The position numbers and the translations under genes were made by a program. This document shows positions 58,524-64,000 of a DNA stretch of 64,000 nucleotides, piece after piece. This DNA is from an uncultured candidate division Zixibacteria bacterium. GTDB taxonomy: Bacteria; Zixibacteria; MSB-5A5; GN15; PGXB01. The stretch lies in assembly GCA_963702205.1 (NCBI GenBank), contig OY969724.1, positions 1,440,001-1,504,000 on the forward strand, written 5' to 3'. The notes under the pieces were generated by a model. The model was not told the origin of the DNA. It saw nothing but the letters and a program-made list of their open reading frames with translations, and made no database searches. Each line of letters opens with the position of its first letter. Within the stretch, counting starts at the first letter, position 1.

Positions 58524-59228
58524 GTGCGTTCTATAGAAGAGTTGATCAATCGTCAAATCCATCATTGGGAATTCGCGAAAAAAGAGCGGAATGAATCTCA
58601 GGAGAATGGAAAAGAGCATAAGCCCCAGCCGATCGTCACGGTCAGTCGTCAGCGTGGCAGCCGCGGCTCGTACCTTGCCGAACTGATCGCCGAGAAGCTC
58701 GGCTACCAGAGGCTGCACCGGGAGGTCATAGACGAAATCTGCCGGTCATCGGGTTATAAGCGAAGAATAATCGAATCGCTCGATGACAAAGTCCGGTCCC
58801 GAATCGAGTTGATGATTGAAGGCGCTTTCAAGGGCATGTACATCGACGCCGGAGATTATTTCCGTGAGCTCTACAAAGTCATCATGTCGATATCGGAGCA
58901 CGGTGGTGTGGTGACGGTCGGGCGCGCGGCCAATTTCATCCTCCAGAGAGACCAGGGCTTTCATGTCAGGGTGGTGGCGTCGAAGCCGTCGCGGGTGGCC
59001 AACCTGATGCAGTACGAAAATCTTTCTCTCGAAGAAGCCGAGAAAGCGATACACACGAGCGATGAAGAACGGGAGCATTTTGTCGAGGCCAATTTCAAAA
59101 GACATATCGACGATCCCGGAGCCTACGACTTGATAATCAACACGACCTACATCGATCTCGAACGAGCGCTGGAAATGACCCTGGTCGGAGTGAGGGCGAA
59201 GTCGAGCTTTCTGACGTCGGGTGAATGA
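58524..59228 (+). CDS. Cytidylate kinase-like family protein
   Basis: TVSRQRGSRG, VGRAANFIL, YDLIINT. Confidence 0.85.
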   Translation: MRSIEELINRQIHHWEFAKKERNESQENGKEHKPQPIVTVSRQRGSRGSYLAELIAEKLGYQRLHREVIDEICRSSGYKRRIIESLDDKVRSRIELMIEGAFKGMYIDAGDYFRELYKVIMSISEHGGVVTVGRAANFILQRDQGFHVRVVASKPSRVANLMQYENLSLEEAEKAIHTSDEEREHFVEANFKRHIDDPGAYDLIINTTYIDLERALEMTLVGVRAKSSFLTSGE

Positions 59229-59413
59229 TCGAATGCAAAATATTTTTTGTTTTATAAAATTTTTTCTTGCTTTGTTTATTTTAAAATGCGTTTAATTGTC
59301 TGTGTCAGCGTCGTTTGGAGAGGGTTTTGTACCGATTAAGCACGGATCGGACCACCGCGAAAATAAGAGTAAATGTAATAAGACCAACCTTCATAGTACA
59401 TTAGGAGGTACTG

Positions 59414-59959
59414 ATGCCAGCTAAAACAACGGCAAAGAAAAAGGCCGCTCCCAAGAAAAAGGCGACGGCGAAGAAGACGGTCAAGAAGGTAACCAAGAAA
59501 ACGACGGCGAAGAAGGCCGTGGCCAAAAAGAAACCGGCCGCGAAGAAGGTTGCCAAGAAGACTACGGCGAAGAAGCCGGCAGCCAAGAAAAAAGTAGCCG
59601 CCAAGAAGAAACCGGCTGCAAAGAAGACTGCCAAGAAGCCCGCTGCCAGGAAGACGGTAAAGAAGGCCGCTCCCAAGAAGGCCGCTCCCAAGAAGAAGGC
59701 GACCAAGCGCAAAGCCAGTCCGGCTTTGATGAGACCGGTGCAGCCCGATGAAATCCTGGGCGCCGTGGTTGGATCCAAGCCGATGCCGCGCGGTCAGATC
59801 ACCAAGAAATTGTGGGATTACATCAAGAAGAATAAACTTCAGGATGCAACCAACAAGAGGATGATCAACGCCGACCCCACCTTGAAAAAGGTCTTCGACG
59901 GCAAGGCTAAGGTCGACATGTTCACGATGACCAAGCTGGTTTCGAAACACATCAAATAG
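59414..59959 (+). CDS. Histone H1-like tail fused to SWIB/MDM2 domain
   Basis: KKPAA repeats then L.AVVG..MPRGQITKKLWDYIKKNKLQD..NKRMINAD. Confidence 0.9.
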   Translation: MPAKTTAKKKAAPKKKATAKKTVKKVTKKTTAKKAVAKKKPAAKKVAKKTTAKKPAAKKKVAAKKKPAAKKTAKKPAARKTVKKAAPKKAAPKKKATKRKASPALMRPVQPDEILGAVVGSKPMPRGQITKKLWDYIKKNKLQDATNKRMINADPTLKKVFDGKAKVDMFTMTKLVSKHIK

Positions 59960-59984
59960 TCGAAATCAGAATCCGATAATTGCA

Positions 59985-60011
59985 AGGCCGGAAATTCCCG
60001 GCCTTTTTTTT
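59985..60011 (+). terminator. Intrinsic terminator
   Basis: AGGCCGG-loop-CCGGCCTTTTTTTT. Confidence 0.8.
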
Positions 60012-60074
60012 ATTGCTGCGATTTGCGGGCGATTACCTGTTTGACTTGGCGTCCGTCCTGTTTATATTCCGACC

Positions 60075-61807
60075 ATGACCGGCGAACATGACGCAAAACG
60101 CGGCCGCTTTGTGCCGCCTTTAATATTCCTCTGCGTGTCGACAATATTCACCCTCCCGTTTTTGTTGAAGTGGTCGTATATCGGGGTCGGCGACTGGGAG
60201 CTGTTCGCCACCATGGCGGCGATCCCGGCCAGGACGGTTTTGCATTTCGGCCAGTTTCCGTTCTGGAATCCGTACATCGGCGGGGGCAATGTCCTGTTCG
60301 CACACCCCGAGGTGGCGGTGTTGTCGCCGTTCTTTTTGCTAATTCTCGTATTCGGCCCCATAGCCGGATTGAAAATTCAAATCCTGCTATCCTATTTTCT
60401 GGGGCTGTACGGCAGCTACCTGTTCGTCCGCAGGATAGGCTTGTCCGAGACCGCCTCGTATCTGACCGCCCTGATGTTCTGGGGCAGTTCGTATTTTGCC
60501 CTGCATTTTACTGTCGGCCATATACCTTTCACGCATTTTTGTTTTTTGCCCTGGTTGCTATTTTTCCTCGTAAAATCCGAAGAAAATTGGAAACATCTTT
60601 TTTCGGCGGCGGCAGTTATCGCACTGATAATTCTCGGCAACGGTGCGGCGGTACCGCTGGTATATATGGTCTTCTTTACCGGGCTGTTTATCCTGATCCG
60701 GGCGATTCAGAAGAAAGAAATCAAACCGGTTAAGTTGTATGTCGGCGCGGTGATTTTGGGCGTTCTCGTCGCCGCCATAAAATTCCTGCCGATGTATCTA
60801 TATCTGTCGCACTCGCCGTGGGAGGGCATGAGCCAGGACAGCACGCCTCTCGGGCTGGCCCTGAACGGTTTCTTATCGATCAATCAGGCTGTGTTCAAGA
60901 CGACGGGCGCGGATCAGGTACCTGGGGCTGGCACGAGTATGGGGCTTATATTTCGCCGGTTATACTGGCGCTGGCACTTTCGGCGGCGATAGCATCGTTT
61001 AGAAAGTCGCTGCTTTGGATAATTCTCGCAGTATTCTTTTTCGCATTCGGGCTGGGGCATTTCTCGGATTTTTCGCCCTGGGCACTATTTACCAGGCTGC
61101 CGGGGTTCTCGTCGATAAGAGCACCATCGCGGGCGTTTCAATTTGTCGTTCTGTCAGTATCGGTCATGGCCGGAGACGGTCTGGATTATTGGATCAGGAA
61201 GCTTTCCGGAAGTGTCCCGTCGATAAAAGTTCTTTTTGCCGTCCTGATTGCACTGGTCGCGGTGGGCAATTTCCTGATTAATCTCCCGGCCCTGCGAACA
61301 ATAGACTATAAACTCCCCGGTAATTACGAATTTGCCGATGATTTCAAACAGGAAATCGGACGGGCCGATAATATATACAATGCCTTCCTTCAGAACCGGG
61401 GCTCCCTCGTGGCGCCGTGGCTGTCGGCCTACGGCCCCAGTCGGGGGCTGGTGCTGCCGACCAACGAGGTACTGATGGAATATATGCCTCAGGGAAATCT
61501 TCAGGTCGTGAATAGATCGTACACGCCCAATAAAGTCATTTATGACATTAAACCTTCGGGCAGCGGGTCGATTGTGTTCGGGATAGGTTATGACAGCGGG
61601 TGGCGGGCCGAAGACGGCCGGAAGTTATATGAAAACAACGGCCTGGTCGCGACCGATTATACCGTGTCGGACAGACATATAGTTTTGTATTATCGGCCTC
61701 AGTATTTTTATGTCGGTATGATTATCAGCGTCTTTTTTATCGCGCTGTCACTGGCGGCGCTTTTCAACGCCCAGGTCGGGCGCGGTTTTGAAACGATATT
61801 TAAATAG
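60075..61807 (+). CDS. YfhO-like polytopic membrane protein (GT-C-like), apparent frameshift near 60920
   Basis: GQFPFWNPYIGGG, R.PSR, YDSGWRA, YRP plus terminal TM helix, split over two frames. Confidence 0.72.
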
Positions 61808-62464
61808 AGTCCAGATGGCTTCGAGACCGTCGTGCCACCGGATTTTTTTGCCCTCGTCGAATTTTCGAGGGCGATAGCTTATCGGTATTTCGGTTATTTT
61901 GATTTTATTGCGGCCCAGCTTGGCGACAACTTCCGGGCAGAACTCGAAGCGCCGACTTTCCAGGTTCATTCTTTTGAATACGTCGGTACGGATCATTTTA
62001 TAGCAGGTTGATTCATCGGTTATGCCGATGCCATAGAGCAAATTGGCGATAAGGGTCAGCAATTGCCCGCCCCAAAGGTAACGGTTGTATGAAATACCGG
62101 AATCGGGATTCAGACGGCGAGAACCGAAAACGGCAACCGCGCCGGTAGATTCTGCTTCGGCAAGCATTTTGGCGAGGTCGGCAGGATCGTATTCAAGATC
62201 GCCGTCCTGGATTACGGTATATTGCCCGGTGACATATTGCAGGCCGGTGATAATGGCGTCGCCCTTGCCGATATTTTGTTTTTTTTCGACGATGGTTACT
62301 CTGGAGTCGTTTTCGAATTCACGAATTACCCTGCCGGTGTCGTCGGTGGAGCCGTTGTTGACAACGATTAACTGAAAGTCGATTTTAAGATCGAGTATTT
62401 TTCGGATTATTTCCGCGACGGTTTTTTCTTCGTTATAGAGCGGCATGATGATGGACAACAGCAT
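61748..62464 (-). CDS. Glycosyltransferase family 2 (polyprenol-phosphate glycosyltransferase-like)
   Basis: SIIMPLYNEE, NGSTD, GKG, QDGDLEYDP, GSR, EGKKI. Confidence 0.9.
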   Translation of the reverse strand: MLLSIIMPLYNEEKTVAEIIRKILDLKIDFQLIVVNNGSTDDTGRVIREFENDSRVTIVEKKQNIGKGDAIITGLQYVTGQYTVIQDGDLEYDPADLAKMLAEAESTGAVAVFGSRRLNPDSGISYNRYLWGGQLLTLIANLLYGIGITDESTCYKMIRTDVFKRMNLESRRFEFCPEVVAKLGRNKIKITEIPISYRPRKFDEGKKIRWHDGLEAIWTLFKYRFKTAPDLGVEKRRQ

Positions 62465-62607
62465 AGCCGAATATAACACGCTTGTTATTCCAAGTCAATG
62501 ATTCTTAAAGTCTTACACTGCGACAATCGTTCTTGACAATTCAACCTCTTTTTAGTATACAAGTTTGTTAATAAAATTGATTTGGCGAGGATATCCCTCC
62601 CGGAGGA

Positions 62608-64000
62608 ATGACTTTGCGACATATGTCGAAATATCCCGGCCGGAGGCTTTTTTATGCCCTGCGGCTTTTAATTATGGCGGGCATTTGTGCTTTTGCACTG
62701 GCTGGTGTACAGTCCATCAGAGCACAGGCATCGTTCGGGTCGGCGGTCAATCCCGATGAATATATTATCCGTCCCGGCGATCAATTCCGGGTAGACTTCT
62801 GGGTCGGCGGGGTTGCAACAATCAAAGTGACGGTTACGCCCGAAGGCGCGATTTTGCTGTCGGACATGGGCAAGCTCGATGTCTCGGGCCTGACTCTTAC
62901 CGAGGCTCGTGCGAGAATCAGACAACTGATCCGCAAGTATTATCCAGAAAGTGAATTCTCGGTCAGTCTTGACGGATTAAGAGCGGTCAAGATGTTTGTC
63001 TCGGGCGGGGTCAGGATTCCGGGCTTTTATGACGGAAGCGTCGCCAACAGAGTTTCCGAGTATATTTTAAAAGCCGGGGGGCTGGTACCGGGAGCGTCTA
63101 ATAGGAATATCGTTCTTGTCGACGGCGGTCACAACCTGGTTATTGACCTGCTTCGGTTTGAGCGCTGCGGCGATTTTTCGGCCAACCCGTTTGCGTACAG
63201 CGGAGAAATTATCCGGGTGCCGATGATTGTCGATTCAACGTCGTTTATTCAAGTTTCCGGTGCGGTAAACAAACCGGACGGATTCGAGTACAGCCCCGGT
63301 GATAATCTCGGTACATTGATTGACCTGGCCTATGGCTTAAACGGTTTGCAGGGAGATTCGGCGGTAATATTCCGGCGTTCCTCGAGCGGTCAGCAGGTAT
63401 TGTCGGTCGGTTTGGATGAAGTCGATTTCCCTCTTGATGCGGGGGATAAAATCATAATTCACACCCGTGCGGTGGATATGCTGAAAGATTATTTTACCGT
63501 AACCGGCGAAGTAGCTCTTCCGGGCCGGTATCCGTTCAAGGGGCCCATGAATCTCGGTGACATAATTAATACCGCCGGAGGATTGAATCCGGTGGCAGAT
63601 ATTTTTTCATCGGTAATTTTCAGAAGACCGAAATACGAAAACCCGGAAAACTTCAAGAGCGTTACATCGGCGACAGCCAATAATATAACCGTCAACGGCG
63701 GGGTACTTCCGGTTTCGATCGACATTTCCGGATATTATCCCGATCACCTGAATGATATTATCATTCAACCCGGCGATTCGATAGTCATTCCGTCGACAAC
63801 CGGCATCATCAGTATATTCGGCCAAATCAGACGACCGGGTATTATCGATTATGCATTTCCAATGACGGTCGGCAAGCTGATTGGCTCGGCGGGGGGAACG
63901 ACGTCGCGCGCCGACCGCAGCAATATTCATGTCATCAGAAAAGTCGGGGCGATAGATATCAACGCTTCGACGGCGACCAATATTTTCGACGGTGATCTGG
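62608..64000 (+). CDS. Polysaccharide export protein with SLBB repeats (runs off window end)
   Basis: Own translation: VNPDEYIIRPGD, VTPEG, VSGGVRIPG, KAGG, VTGEVALPG; start codon uncertain. Confidence 0.8.
   Translation, partial: MTLRHMSKYPGRRLFYALRLLIMAGICAFALAGVQSIRAQASFGSAVNPDEYIIRPGDQFRVDFWVGGVATIKVTVTPEGAILLSDMGKLDVSGLTLTEARARIRQLIRKYYPESEFSVSLDGLRAVKMFVSGGVRIPGFYDGSVANRVSEYILKAGGLVPGASNRNIVLVDGGHNLVIDLLRFERCGDFSANPFAYSGEIIRVPMIVDSTSFIQVSGAVNKPDGFEYSPGDNLGTLIDLAYGLNGLQGDSAVIFRRSSSGQQVLSVGLDEVDFPLDAGDKIIIHTRAVDMLKDYFTVTGEVALPGRYPFKGPMNLGDIINTAGGLNPVADIFSSVIFRRPKYENPENFKSVTSATANNITVNGGVLPVSIDISGYYPDHLNDIIIQPGDSIVIPSTTGIISIFGQIRRPGIIDYAFPMTVGKLIGSAGGTTSRADRSNIHVIRKVGAIDINASTATNIFDGDL

Overview
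A 64-kb bacterial chromosomal window, mostly housekeeping genes (uvrA, rpmG, gyrA, fumC/aspA-type lyase, pntAA-pntAB-pntB, pcm, fba, lptB-rpoN-hpf, hbd-crt, dnaE, coaX, CIRCE-groES-groEL, glycosyltransferases, start of a polysaccharide-export gene). A C-terminal dockerin-like repeat suggests a Zixibacteria-like organism (inference). Intergenic spaces are filled with several families of REP-like palindromes. Best-supported find: a complete IS110 element (52793-53964, minus strand) inserted at a CT core in one REP family. Its non-coding end holds readable target and donor guides of a bridge RNA, and its circle junction creates a TTGACA-N17-TATATT promoter. Other finds: an archaeal-type GatE; an Mrr-like nuclease/CFI-box-CTERM gene broken by IS256; three cases of a diverged gene 3' end or terminator duplicated around a REP cluster; two sigma28-type promoters; several apparently leaderless genes; two histone-H1-like proteins. 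Four single-base frameshifts (alsT-like symporter, rpoN, dnaE, YfhO-like gene) are most likely sequencing errors. All calls are by eye; no database searches were run.
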